Shown here: positions 28,458 to 37,615 of the stretch, in pieces
Numbering within the stretch: position 1 is the first letter of the stretch
How the letters are laid out: every line of letters starts with the position of its first letter
Source of the DNA: an uncultured Ilumatobacteraceae bacterium
Lineage (GTDB): Bacteria; Actinomycetota; Acidimicrobiia; Acidimicrobiales; Ilumatobacteraceae
Length of the DNA stretch: 64,000 nt
Assembly (NCBI GenBank): GCA_965660025.1
Contig: CBFHYI010000001.1
Location: forward strand, 31,906 to 95,905
Reading direction: 5' to 3'
Position numbers and translations under genes: made by a program
Notes under the pieces: generated by a model
Database searches by the model: none
What the model was told of the DNA's origin: nothing
Seen by the model: only the letters and a program-made list of their open reading frames with translations

Positions 28458-29111
28458 ATGAACGTATCCGAAGCCGTCGCAGCTCGCCGATCAATACGAG
28501 ACTTCCTCGCCGACCCAGTCGACGATGAACTTCTTAGTGACCTTCTCGAACGCGCCGCCCGCGCGCCGTCAGGTGGCAATGTTCAACCGTGGCGTATCTA
28601 CGTACTCAACGGTTCACGGATGACCGATTTTCTCGACTTCCTCAGCACCCAACCCGATATTGAACCGTCCGAATACGACGTGTATCCGGCAAACCTTTGG
28701 GAGCCCCACCGAACGGCCCGGTTTGAACTAGGCGAGCAGATGTACGGTCTCCTCGACATCCCCCGCGAAGACAAAGCCGGCCGCCTTCAACAATTCGCTC
28801 GCAATGCCCGCTTCTTCGATGCTCCCGCTGCGTTTTTCATCACCATCGACCGACGCTTCAACGAGCCTCAATGGTCAGACCTCGGAATGTTCCTTCAGAC
28901 GTTCATGCTGCTGGCAGTGGAGGCCGGTCTCGATACGTGTGCTCAGGAATACTGGTCAAGCCGCCATGGCGCCGTCATGGAATTCGTGGGCGCACCAGAA
29001 GAAGAAATGTTGTTCTGCGGGATGGCAATCGGTTACCGAAATGTTGAAGCTCCCGTCAATGACCTCGTCGCCGAACGACTTCCGCTCGACACCTGGGCAA
29101 CGTGGGTGTAG
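28458..29111 (+). CDS. nitroreductase-family FMN oxidoreductase
   Basis: 217 aa. RRSIRDFL...LLERAARAPSGGNVQPW is a typical nitroreductase N-terminus. Confidence 0.75.
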   Translation: MNVSEAVAARRSIRDFLADPVDDELLSDLLERAARAPSGGNVQPWRIYVLNGSRMTDFLDFLSTQPDIEPSEYDVYPANLWEPHRTARFELGEQMYGLLDIPREDKAGRLQQFARNARFFDAPAAFFITIDRRFNEPQWSDLGMFLQTFMLLAVEAGLDTCAQEYWSSRHGAVMEFVGAPEEEMLFCGMAIGYRNVEAPVNDLVAERLPLDTWATWV

Positions 29112-29130
29112 CTGCGACTCGTAACTGCGT

Positions 29131-30306
29131 TCAGTCGGCGCCCAAGCGGCGCACAAAACCATCGGGAATTACAAGGTGTTCTCGTTGAAGATCATGCACC
29201 GATTCGACGCCCATTCCCAGAAGAGCCGAGTCAATTCCCATCCGCAAGACATCGAGCACATTCTCGACACCTGCCTGTCCGTTCGCAGCAAGCCCCCAAA
29301 GGTACGCACGACCGATCATGACCGCCCGGGCGCCCAGAGCGACCGCCTTGACGACGTCGCTGCCACGTCGGACACCTCCGTCGAGTAGCACGTCAATTTC
29401 TGAGCCAACCGCCTCAGCGATCGCCGGCAATGCTCGGAGCGGCGATGGCGTTCCATCGAGGTTGTTGCCTCCGTGATTAGAAACCGACAGTCCGGTGAAG
29501 CCGGCGTCACGCGCACGACGGGCATCGTCAACCCGCATCACACCTTTCACCACACAAGGGCCACCCCACTCATTAACGAACCACGCAAGGTCGTCCCACG
29601 TGGGCTGCGGCGAGCCCATCCATTGCCCGTAGGCACCAAAAAAAGTTGGAGGGGGCGAACCATCAATGCTCATATTTGGAGTGGTGAGGTCGGGAAGGTG
29701 TCCCGCCTTCAAGAACCGGCCAAGCCACCGCGGGCGGGCGAGCACCGACGGCGCATACTTCACCATCGTCTTGAGATCAATGCCATCAGGAAGTTCAGGG
29801 CTCCCCCAGTCACGGCTGTGGCTGTACGACCAGTCGAGCGTCAAAATGACGGCTTTCGCTCCAGCGGAGCGGGCCCTATCCATCTGAGCGCTCACCCAGT
29901 CACGCCCGTTGATCCAGTACATCTGGAAAAGAAAGTTCTCATTTTCTGCGGCGATGTCTTCCATCGGCTTTGAGCCGAACGATGAGAGTCCAACAGCGGT
30001 ACCACGAGCTGCTGCTGCCCGAGCCACTGCGAGCTCACCGTCTGGATGCACCGCCTGCACACCGGTTGGTGAAATCATTACTGGCATCGAGAGGTCAAGA
30101 CCAAGCACCGACGTCGAAAGATGACGCTCTGAGGGTCGATCGGCAATCACCGGCTGAAACCCGAGTTCACGGTAGGCGGCGCGGTTGTCGTCGAGTGTGA
30201 GTCCTGCCTCACTACCGGCGATCAGCGCGTCATACACGTGGCGCGGGAGAATACGCTCGGCACGCCGCTGAGCAACTGCGACCGATTCAAACCACGGATT
30301 TCCCAT
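29131..30306 (-). CDS. mftD: FMN-dependent alpha-hydroxy-acid-oxidase-fold enzyme, most like pre-mycofactocin synthase MftD
   Basis: 391 aa with N-terminus NPWFESVAVAQRRAERILPRHVY, then PVMISPTGVQAVHPDGE, LDWSYSHSRDWGSP and SNHGGNNLDGTP. From memory these resemble MftD (Mtb LldD1-type) rather than classical LldD. Confidence 0.65.
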   Translation of the reverse strand: MGNPWFESVAVAQRRAERILPRHVYDALIAGSEAGLTLDDNRAAYRELGFQPVIADRPSERHLSTSVLGLDLSMPVMISPTGVQAVHPDGELAVARAAAARGTAVGLSSFGSKPMEDIAAENENFLFQMYWINGRDWVSAQMDRARSAGAKAVILTLDWSYSHSRDWGSPELPDGIDLKTMVKYAPSVLARPRWLGRFLKAGHLPDLTTPNMSIDGSPPPTFFGAYGQWMGSPQPTWDDLAWFVNEWGGPCVVKGVMRVDDARRARDAGFTGLSVSNHGGNNLDGTPSPLRALPAIAEAVGSEIDVLLDGGVRRGSDVVKAVALGARAVMIGRAYLWGLAANGQAGVENVLDVLRMGIDSALLGMGVESVHDLQREHLVIPDGFVRRLGAD

Positions 30307-30397
30307 ACCGCGAGGGTACCTGCGAACACTCCTGTCATCTCTTCTGAGCGCGAGTTCCGGTGCTGAGTTATCAATCTCCTGTCATTACCTTCGGTGC

Positions 30398-31195
30398 ATG
30401 AGCACAACTCGCTTGACCTCAGGAAACCGTTCGATCGCCGGTCGTGTCGCCATCGTTAGCGGCGCAGGATCAGGTATCGGGCGCGCCACCGCCCACCTCT
30501 TCGCCGATGAAGGTGCCCTCGTTGCGGTCGTCGACCGCAACGGTGAAGGCGTCGCCCAAGTGGTTGGAGAAATCTCGGACGTGCACGGAGCAGACCGAGT
30601 GAAGGGCTGGACGGTCGACGTCACCGATAACGCCGCACTCGATGCCCTCCCAGATGCTGTTGCCGAGGCGTTCGGAGGCATCGACATTCTCATCAACAAC
30701 GCCGGGGTCGTGTTTAACGCTGACATGACCACAACCGCCAACGTATTCGACGAAGCATGGGACGCAACTCTCGCCGTCAATATCACCTCATATGCACGGC
30801 TCACCCGAGCGGCGCTCCCCTACCTCATGAAGAGTGATGGCGGCAGGATCGTATGCACTGCGTCGACCGAAGGTCTTGGTGCAACTGGCGGAATTCCTGC
30901 GTACAACGCTTCAAAGCACGCGGTTATCGGTCTCGTGCGATCACTTGCGGTTGAACTCGGTCGTCACGGCATCACCGCAAACGCAGTCTGCCCGGGACCT
31001 ATCGTGACCGGAATGACGGCGAACATTGCCGACGAACACAAAGAGATCTTCGCAAAACGTCGTGTGCCCGTTCGTCGCTACGGACAACCAGAAGAAATCG
31101 CCCACGGCATGTTGAACTTGGTGCTTCCTGCAGCGAGTTACATGAACGGCGTCATCCTGCCCGTCGATGGTGGGATGACCTCCCGACATACCTAA
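30398..31195 (+). CDS. classical short-chain dehydrogenase/reductase (SDR)
   Basis: VSGAGSGIGRATA (TGxxxGxG-type motif), NNAG, and the YNASKHAV catalytic YxxxK. Confidence 0.85.
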   Translation: MSTTRLTSGNRSIAGRVAIVSGAGSGIGRATAHLFADEGALVAVVDRNGEGVAQVVGEISDVHGADRVKGWTVDVTDNAALDALPDAVAEAFGGIDILINNAGVVFNADMTTTANVFDEAWDATLAVNITSYARLTRAALPYLMKSDGGRIVCTASTEGLGATGGIPAYNASKHAVIGLVRSLAVELGRHGITANAVCPGPIVTGMTANIADEHKEIFAKRRVPVRRYGQPEEIAHGMLNLVLPAASYMNGVILPVDGGMTSRHT

Positions 31196-31297
31196 CGAGC
31201 CGACCGCTCACCCTGAGACACGGTCGCTCACACTCGCCAACGAGACTGTTGGCCGCCCACTCACGACCTTCGTCGCCCCACGGCCTACGCTCGGCGC

Positions 31298-31726
31298 GTG
31301 AGCACCGAACCACCACTCGTTCCCGGCGATCCAGCGAACACGGAATGGATCAGAACCTCCGCGCCATTCACCGACCTCTGCGAGGTCGTCATCGACTCAC
31401 TTACCCCTGAACGCGTTGCCGGGCGCGTCGCATGGAAGGAGCAATTCTGCACGGTGAATGGCAATCTGCATGGCGGATACCTCATGTCGCTCGCGGATTC
31501 GGTTGGGGCGTTCCTCTCGGTACAGCATCTGCCGGAAGGAGCTGGAACCTCGACAATCTCATCGTCAACGAATTTTCTTCGCCCCGCTCCACAAGCGGTG
31601 TATTCGATTGTGTCAACCCTTGTGATGGCTGGACGTCGGACGATCACTGTCACCACCGATGTCATCAACCCAGACGGGAAAGTTGTCTCTCGAACCACCC
31701 AGACTCAGGCGGTTCTCACCACCTAG
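31298..31726 (+). CDS. PaaI-type hotdog-fold thioesterase
   Basis: 142 aa with NGNLHGGYLMSLADSVGAF, typical of PaaI/YdiI thioesterases. Confidence 0.7.
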   Translation: MSTEPPLVPGDPANTEWIRTSAPFTDLCEVVIDSLTPERVAGRVAWKEQFCTVNGNLHGGYLMSLADSVGAFLSVQHLPEGAGTSTISSSTNFLRPAPQAVYSIVSTLVMAGRRTITVTTDVINPDGKVVSRTTQTQAVLTT

Positions 31727-31736
31727 TTCGCACCAC

Positions 31737-32954
31737 CTAAGCGGCGCTCTCACTCGTCCGAATGAAATGCCATCTGGTCCGAAACAGCGAAGCAACTGCA
31801 ATCACTGCAGCAGATGCGGCGACCACCGATGCGATCGTCGGTGCACCGCTTACATCGGTGAGACGTCCAGCAAGCACCGGTGCCACTCCCCCACCGATTG
31901 CGCCGAGGAACGTGACAACCCCGCTAATCGCCCCAAAGTCGCCGGTCGGAATCACTGTTCGGGCAACGATCCCATCGAGCGCGCTGATGGCACCGATGCC
32001 GACGCCGGCGATCACGACGTATAGCGATGCAATGACCGCATTCCCGCTGACGAGCACGAGCCCACACGCAACTGCGACACACAATCGTGCCCCCGCAAGA
32101 AGAAACCAATGCCCGTAACGTCGGAGCGCCCGTTGTAACGGCAACCTGCCGAGGAGTTGGAGTAGACCCCTCGCTCCACCAAAACCGGCAGCGGCAGCAG
32201 CCGACAGCCCCGCCCATCTCATAATTGAAAGCTGGAAGACCAACAACGTCGACATCGACATATATGCACAGAACACCCCGATCGCGTGCCAGCGAACTGC
32301 CCCCGATCGGGCTGCGGTTGTGACCGCAATCCTCCACGTTGACGACCGCTCAAACTCACCGTGCCGAGGAACCCGCCGCACAACGCGGGCAGCGAGCAAG
32401 AACACACAACAGGCAACACCGGCAGGAACTTCAATGGCGACCCGCCAACCAAACGTGCCACGAAGAAATTCGGTTGCCGGAATGGCAATCGGAGACGCAA
32501 ACGCTCCCCAAATGGTGAGGCGAATAATTCGCTGCGTTGACGCTGCAGGATCCATCCTCACCAACATCGCTTGGGTCATTCCGTAAAAGCCGGCGGCCGC
32601 CGAAACACCGCCTCCGACACCGAAAAGAACGACGAATTGCCATACCTCTGCTGAGCGTCCGCTGAAGCCCACCAAGATTGCTCCGATTGGTCCGATGACA
32701 CCGAGGAGGAGTTGCGGACCGAATCGATCGAGGAGCCGCCCCGTTGCGAGAGAGAGCGCACCGAGCAGCACCTGAGCTAAGCCAAAGGCCAAACCAAGTG
32801 ATGCCGAGCCTGCCCCGAGGCCGGCACCGATGTCATCGATGAGCACACCAAACCCGTAGTACCACGAGCCGTACACCGCAATCGTGAGAACCCCCAGCAC
32901 ATCAACTGGCCAATCAGGCTGATATCGCCGTGCCGATGGTGGTGTGTGCGTCAT
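31737..32954 (-). CDS. MFS transporter
   Basis: About 12 hydrophobic segments and GRLLDRFGP-type loop motifs. I start it at ATG 32954 (MTHTPPSARRY). The ORF-track extension to 33128 is R/S/C/W-rich and looks non-coding. Confidence 0.75.
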   Translation of the reverse strand: MTHTPPSARRYQPDWPVDVLGVLTIAVYGSWYYGFGVLIDDIGAGLGAGSASLGLAFGLAQVLLGALSLATGRLLDRFGPQLLLGVIGPIGAILVGFSGRSAEVWQFVVLFGVGGGVSAAAGFYGMTQAMLVRMDPAASTQRIIRLTIWGAFASPIAIPATEFLRGTFGWRVAIEVPAGVACCVFLLAARVVRRVPRHGEFERSSTWRIAVTTAARSGAVRWHAIGVFCAYMSMSTLLVFQLSIMRWAGLSAAAAAGFGGARGLLQLLGRLPLQRALRRYGHWFLLAGARLCVAVACGLVLVSGNAVIASLYVVIAGVGIGAISALDGIVARTVIPTGDFGAISGVVTFLGAIGGGVAPVLAGRLTDVSGAPTIASVVAASAAVIAVASLFRTRWHFIRTSESAA

Positions 32955-32988
32955 CGGGGTTAAGTCTCTCAGAGGCGACCTCTTACTC

Positions 32989-33192
32989 ATGCGCCCTGGT
33001 ACCTTCGCAGTCATGGAGGAGCAAATCGTCGACGGGAACGCGTTGTTTGCCGAGCAGCGGTCAGAGAGCAACAACGACGTTGCCTCGTGCATGAGTTGCG
33101 GCTCCCATCTCGCCCAACGATGGAGCACGCCTGAAGGTGTGGCCGTGCTCTGCCAACAGTGTGCAACTCTCCACGGACTTGGCTGCCCCTAA
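32989..33192 (+). CDS. small zinc-ribbon protein (putative)
   Basis: CMSCGSHL...(16 aa)...LCQQCA gives a CxxC...CxxC pattern with high third-position G+C. It lies 61 nt upstream of rmuC. The start is uncertain (ATG 32989 or 33013). Confidence 0.4.
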   Translation: MRPGTFAVMEEQIVDGNALFAEQRSESNNDVASCMSCGSHLAQRWSTPEGVAVLCQQCATLHGLGCP

Positions 33193-33253
33193 AAGCTTCG
33201 ATCTCATCTCAGTAATCACCGTGACCGTCACACCCGCCGTTTAGGTTCAGAGC

Positions 33254-34456
33254 ATGGAAATTCTTATCGTTGTCCTGCTGGTGGCGGTGCTCGTCGCCCT
33301 CGCAGGCGTGATTGCAACCTCCCGTAAACCTGCCCCTGAACCAACGGCTCCTCCACCTGCGTTCCCCTCGACAGACGAGTTGACCAGCCAAATCAAACTG
33401 GTCAACGAACAAGCACTCAACGGCGCGATCGCAGAACTCAATCAACGAGCGGAAGCCCATCGGGAAGAAACAATCCGCACTGTCACACAAATGGTCACCC
33501 AACAAAGTGGCGAGGCGCTCGGCAAGCGAGCCGAGGTCATCAGCACCACGCTAAAAGGTGTCCATGATGACGTCAGCAAACGACTTGCCGAACTCAACCA
33601 CGAACTCGATCAACTCCGCCAACACAACGCCGGCCAATTCTCGTCGGTCAGCGAAGCGGTCACATTGCTCGCACAACGAACCGCAAACCTGAACGAGGTG
33701 CTCTCAAGCTCTCAAAAGCGAGGCCAATGGGGTGAGCGACTTGCTGAAGACATGATTCGTGCAGCCGGACTCGTCGAAGGAGTGAACTACTCGAAACAAG
33801 ACACCACTGCAGCCGGCGGCAGACCCGACTTCACCTTCACCATGCCACCCGACCGTGTCTTATTTATGGACGTCAAATTTCCTCTCGATCGTTATGTCGC
33901 CCACCTCGATGCCGATGACGACGCCACCCGAGCGACCACGAAAGCAGACTTCGTCAAAGCAGTTCGTAGCCATGTCGACGCATTAGCAAAGCGCGACTAC
34001 ATCGATCAGACCACTGAGGATGCCCTCGACTACGTACTGATGTTCGTTCCCAACGAGAGCATCTCTGGGTTTGTGCACGAAGCTGACCCACATCTCATCG
34101 ACTGGGCCCTTGAGCGAAAAGTGGTGCTCTGCTCCCCGCTCACCTTGTATGCCTTCCTTGTCGTCATTCGACAGGCAACAGAGAGTTTCCACACCGAGCA
34201 GACGGCAGCCGAGATCACCCAGCAGATCAACAAGTTCTCCAAAGAGTTCGACAATTACTCAGCCGCAGTTGACAAAGTGCGCGCAACGTTCAACAAACTC
34301 GATAACGAACTCGGAGCGATTGCGACCGATGGCACCCGCTTCCGGAAACTCTCTGTCCCGATTCGAGATATTGAGAAGTTACGCAAGCGTCAAGGCATCG
34401 GTGAGCTCGATGCCGCGACCGACGATGCTCTCAACGAATCAGTCGACGATTTCTGA
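33254..34456 (+). CDS. rmuC: DNA recombination protein RmuC
   Basis: 400 aa with an N-terminal TM helix, a long coiled coil, and a C-terminal nuclease-like region: RPDFTFTMPPDRVLFMDVKFPL...VLMFVPNESI. Confidence 0.85.
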   Translation: MEILIVVLLVAVLVALAGVIATSRKPAPEPTAPPPAFPSTDELTSQIKLVNEQALNGAIAELNQRAEAHREETIRTVTQMVTQQSGEALGKRAEVISTTLKGVHDDVSKRLAELNHELDQLRQHNAGQFSSVSEAVTLLAQRTANLNEVLSSSQKRGQWGERLAEDMIRAAGLVEGVNYSKQDTTAAGGRPDFTFTMPPDRVLFMDVKFPLDRYVAHLDADDDATRATTKADFVKAVRSHVDALAKRDYIDQTTEDALDYVLMFVPNESISGFVHEADPHLIDWALERKVVLCSPLTLYAFLVVIRQATESFHTEQTAAEITQQINKFSKEFDNYSAAVDKVRATFNKLDNELGAIATDGTRFRKLSVPIRDIEKLRKRQGIGELDAATDDALNESVDDF

Positions 34457-34726
34457 GACTTGCATTGATGGCGCAGCGTTCGTGTAGTTCGCAACATCAC
34501 CCATGATGTCACCCATCTTTGGGCTTGACATCGCCGCCTTCATCGCATCACTCGACTCGAAGTAAAACGACACGCTCGCAACCGAAGGGCCATCAACTCC
34601 GCGCTCAAGTTCAACCTTGGCTGGTGAAAATGCATCGACGCACATCGGCACGTGTGAGTTCTTGTAGTAATCGTGGTCGAAGGTGACGTCGTCACCCTTT
34701 GGGTAGGACACGGTGAGTTTGATCAT
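34439..34726 (-). CDS. EthD-family protein
   Basis: From ATG 34726: MIKLTVSYPKGDDVTFDHDYYKNSHVPMC..., about 95 aa, a typical EthD/TIGR02118-like pattern from memory. The ORF-track start at 34786 adds a Cys-rich extension. Confidence 0.6.
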   Translation of the reverse strand: MIKLTVSYPKGDDVTFDHDYYKNSHVPMCVDAFSPAKVELERGVDGPSVASVSFYFESSDAMKAAMSSPKMGDIMGDVANYTNAAPSMQVSEIVD

Positions 34727-34807
34727 TCCACGACCGTAGCCATCGACGATGCCATGGTCAATGGCGGAGCAGTCGGTGCAGCACATGAACTGCGGCGTAC
34801 CGTGTCG

Positions 34808-36364
34808 TTAGATCGACCGCCCAGCATCTTTCCAGTAGGGCTCGCGCAACTCTCGTTTCAAGATTTTCCCCGAGGCGTTGCGAGGTAATGCGTCTACGAA
34901 TTCGATAGTTGCCGGCTTCTTGTAACTCGCGAGTCGCTGTCGACAGAACTCGATGACCTCGTCACCGGTCAATGTCTCGCCGGGTCGGGTCACAACGATT
35001 GCGTGGACGTTCTCTCCCCAGTGATCGTCAGGAACGCCAATCACCGCAGCTTCGAGGACTCGTGGATGCTCACAGAGTGCGAGTTCGATTTCGGTCGGAT
35101 AAATATTCTCGCCCCCTCGGATGATCATGTCTTTCTTTCGGTCGACGAGGTAGAGGTACCCGTCTTCATCGACAGTCGCCATATCGCCTGCGTGCAACCA
35201 TCCATCACGTAGGGTCTCCGCAGTTGCCTCGGGTTTCCCCCAGTACTCGCGCATATTTGCTGGTCCGCGCGAGATGATTTCACCAGTCTCTCCTGGGCTG
35301 ACCGACATACCATCCTCATTGATCACACGTACTTCGGTGAATGCGGTTGGCCGGCCGATTGACGAAAGCCGTCTCGTTTGAGCATCGGTTCCGCCGACGA
35401 TGTGATCTTCGGCCGGCAAGATTGCTTGCATCCCACCTTCAGTGCCCGCTCCAAAGAGCTGCACGAATGAGCACCCAAACACGTCAATCGCAGCACGCAA
35501 CTGCGCTTGTGGCATTGGAGCAGCGCCGTATTCGATGAGCCGAAGCTTCGAAAAGTCGAGCGATGAAATCTCTGGTACCTGCAATACGGCATTGATCATC
35601 GATGGCACGAAGAATGCCGATGTGACGCCTAAATCCTGCAGTGCATATGCCGCACATTCTGCGTCGAATTGTCGATGCCGCAGAACTGTTCCACCCTTGA
35701 CGAGCACTGAGTAATCAAGTTGGGACCCCGCAACATGAAAGAAGGGTGCATTGTTGAATGAGATATCGCTTGCGAAACGTCCGCTCTCCACGAGTCCGAT
35801 AGCGGTTCGCGAACTCAGGGTGTAATGGGTAAGGACGGCACCTTTCGGTAACCCGGTCGTACCACTCGAGTACTGAATCTGAACGACATCGTCCGGACGC
35901 AACTCGACCGACGGATACGTCGCCGCACCTCGGCTCACAACGTCGTCATGAGCCAACACATCGTCTGATGCTGCGCCAAAAACCACGATATGGCCAACCG
36001 ATGTGACCTTCTGTCGAACGGCACGCGCGATCTGAAGGTAGTCAGGGTCGACCGCGAGCAGCACCGGGTCAGAGTCACTCAGCAAGTACCCAACCTCTTC
36101 TTCGCGAAGGCGATAGTTCAGAGGAACATACACGCCCCCCGCGCGACAGATCGCAAGAGCAGTTTCGATGTGCTCAATCGAGTCGGTTGCCATAACAGCG
36201 AATCGGTCGCCGTGTTGCAGCCCAAGCTCTCGATACGCGTTTGCGAGTCGATTGATTCGCTCATCAAGTTCTTCGTAACTCACCGTCCACCGGTCGCTGA
36301 TGATTGCGGGTTTCGGCCCGAATACTCGGGCGACCTCGTGGACAAGTGTGGTAATCGGGATCAT
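34808..36364 (-). CDS. AMP-dependent acyl-CoA synthetase/ligase
   Basis: 518 aa with YSSGTTGLPKGA (AMP-binding), GWLHAGDMATVDEDGYLYLVDRKKD and SGKILKREL. Confidence 0.9.
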   Translation of the reverse strand: MIPITTLVHEVARVFGPKPAIISDRWTVSYEELDERINRLANAYRELGLQHGDRFAVMATDSIEHIETALAICRAGGVYVPLNYRLREEEVGYLLSDSDPVLLAVDPDYLQIARAVRQKVTSVGHIVVFGAASDDVLAHDDVVSRGAATYPSVELRPDDVVQIQYSSGTTGLPKGAVLTHYTLSSRTAIGLVESGRFASDISFNNAPFFHVAGSQLDYSVLVKGGTVLRHRQFDAECAAYALQDLGVTSAFFVPSMINAVLQVPEISSLDFSKLRLIEYGAAPMPQAQLRAAIDVFGCSFVQLFGAGTEGGMQAILPAEDHIVGGTDAQTRRLSSIGRPTAFTEVRVINEDGMSVSPGETGEIISRGPANMREYWGKPEATAETLRDGWLHAGDMATVDEDGYLYLVDRKKDMIIRGGENIYPTEIELALCEHPRVLEAAVIGVPDDHWGENVHAIVVTRPGETLTGDEVIEFCRQRLASYKKPATIEFVDALPRNASGKILKRELREPYWKDAGRSI

Positions 36365-36397
36365 GACGCTGCTCCTCTTCGTTGCGACCCAATGACC

Positions 36398-37615
36398 TCA
36401 GCCACCATGTGGGCGGGGTTCACGTGGAAGTCCGAGCACTCGCTCCCCCACGATGTTCCGTTGAATTTCGTCTGTGCCACCGGCAATTGACAGCCCAGGC
36501 ACCGACAGTGCGATCTGTGCCGGTAGACCATCAAAAGTGTCCTCGCCCCCAATAAGTTGCCCGTGTGGGCCGAGTACGGTGAGCGCAAGGTCACGCCAGT
36601 CACGCATCAGTTGTGTTGCCGCAAGCTTGCCGAGCGATACCTCAGCACCAACCTCAGGTGCCTGCGCGAACCGTTGGCTCATCCAACTTGAGGTCTTGAT
36701 GCCGGTGTAGATCTGTACTGCGCGGTCTCGGATACGAGGGTCGGATTGTTTGCCGTTTGCAGCGATCACCGAGCACAACAACTCCCACGCTTCGAGGCCT
36801 CCAGGCATGAACCCTTCTGAGCCGTCAGGGATCTCACCGGATGCATACCGACCAGCTGCGATTGTCAAGTCGAGATCGGTTTGAATACCCGGTTCTGCAT
36901 CAGCATCAAGTGACTCTCGCTCGTAACTCAGGGTGCGCAATGCAACCGGCCAACCCTTCCCCTCTTCACCAATGAGGTTGGTGTGCACTGTTGTTGCATC
37001 ATCGATGAAGACTTCATTGAACTCAGCCGAGCCATTCATCTGCACGAGCGGCTTTGGTTGAATGCCGTCCTGACGCATGTCGATGCCGAAGAATGACAAC
37101 CCGCTGTGCTTGGGTGCCGACTGGTCAGTTCGCGCAACAAGAATGGCCCACCTCGCGTAATGGCCACCCGAAGTCCACACCTTTTGGCCATTAACCCGCC
37201 ACACATCGCCATCACGTACGGCCGTGGTTCGAGCGCCTGCAAGGTCTGAACCGGCATCTGGCTCAGAGAAGAGTTGGCACCAAATTTCGGATCCGTCAAC
37301 AATCCCAGGAAGCCACTGTTGGCGTTGCTCATCAGTGCCCATCTCAACAAGCAACGGTGCAACCATCATCGTTGCAATGCCATGAGGGGGCCCGAACGCC
37401 CCAACACGTTGTAGTTCTTGCCGAACGATTCTTCGAGATTCGCTCGGTAAACCTTTGCCAAACCACCGCTCAGGGAAGTCAGGAAAGCCCCATCCTGACT
37501 GAGCAAGGTTGCTCCACCACTCTCCTAACGGCTGTTGAGGGTCCCACTGTGCCTCAAGCCAACTTCGCACCTCGCCTCTGATGCTGTCGAGCATCGATGC
37601 CGCGCTGTCACTCAT
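36398..37615 (-). CDS. acyl-CoA dehydrogenase family protein
   Basis: CQLFSEPDAGSDLAG...GQKVWTSG...GGTDEIQRNIVGERVLGLP. I prefer ATG 37615 (MSDSAAS), which overlaps the upstream gene by 8 nt. Confidence 0.8.
   Translation of the reverse strand: MSDSAASMLDSIRGEVRSWLEAQWDPQQPLGEWWSNLAQSGWGFPDFPERWFGKGLPSESRRIVRQELQRVGAFGPPHGIATMMVAPLLVEMGTDEQRQQWLPGIVDGSEIWCQLFSEPDAGSDLAGARTTAVRDGDVWRVNGQKVWTSGGHYARWAILVARTDQSAPKHSGLSFFGIDMRQDGIQPKPLVQMNGSAEFNEVFIDDATTVHTNLIGEEGKGWPVALRTLSYERESLDADAEPGIQTDLDLTIAAGRYASGEIPDGSEGFMPGGLEAWELLCSVIAANGKQSDPRIRDRAVQIYTGIKTSSWMSQRFAQAPEVGAEVSLGKLAATQLMRDWRDLALTVLGPHGQLIGGEDTFDGLPAQIALSVPGLSIAGGTDEIQRNIVGERVLGLPREPRPHGG

Noticed and set aside
30398-31195. SDR next to the MftD-like gene as a mycofactocin-coupled SDR
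   Set aside because: Its N-terminus (VSGAGSGIGRATA) looks like a classical NAD(P)-exchanging SDR. It does not look like the GAARGQGR-type motif I associate with the mycofactocin-coupled subfamily. Proximity alone is not sufficient.
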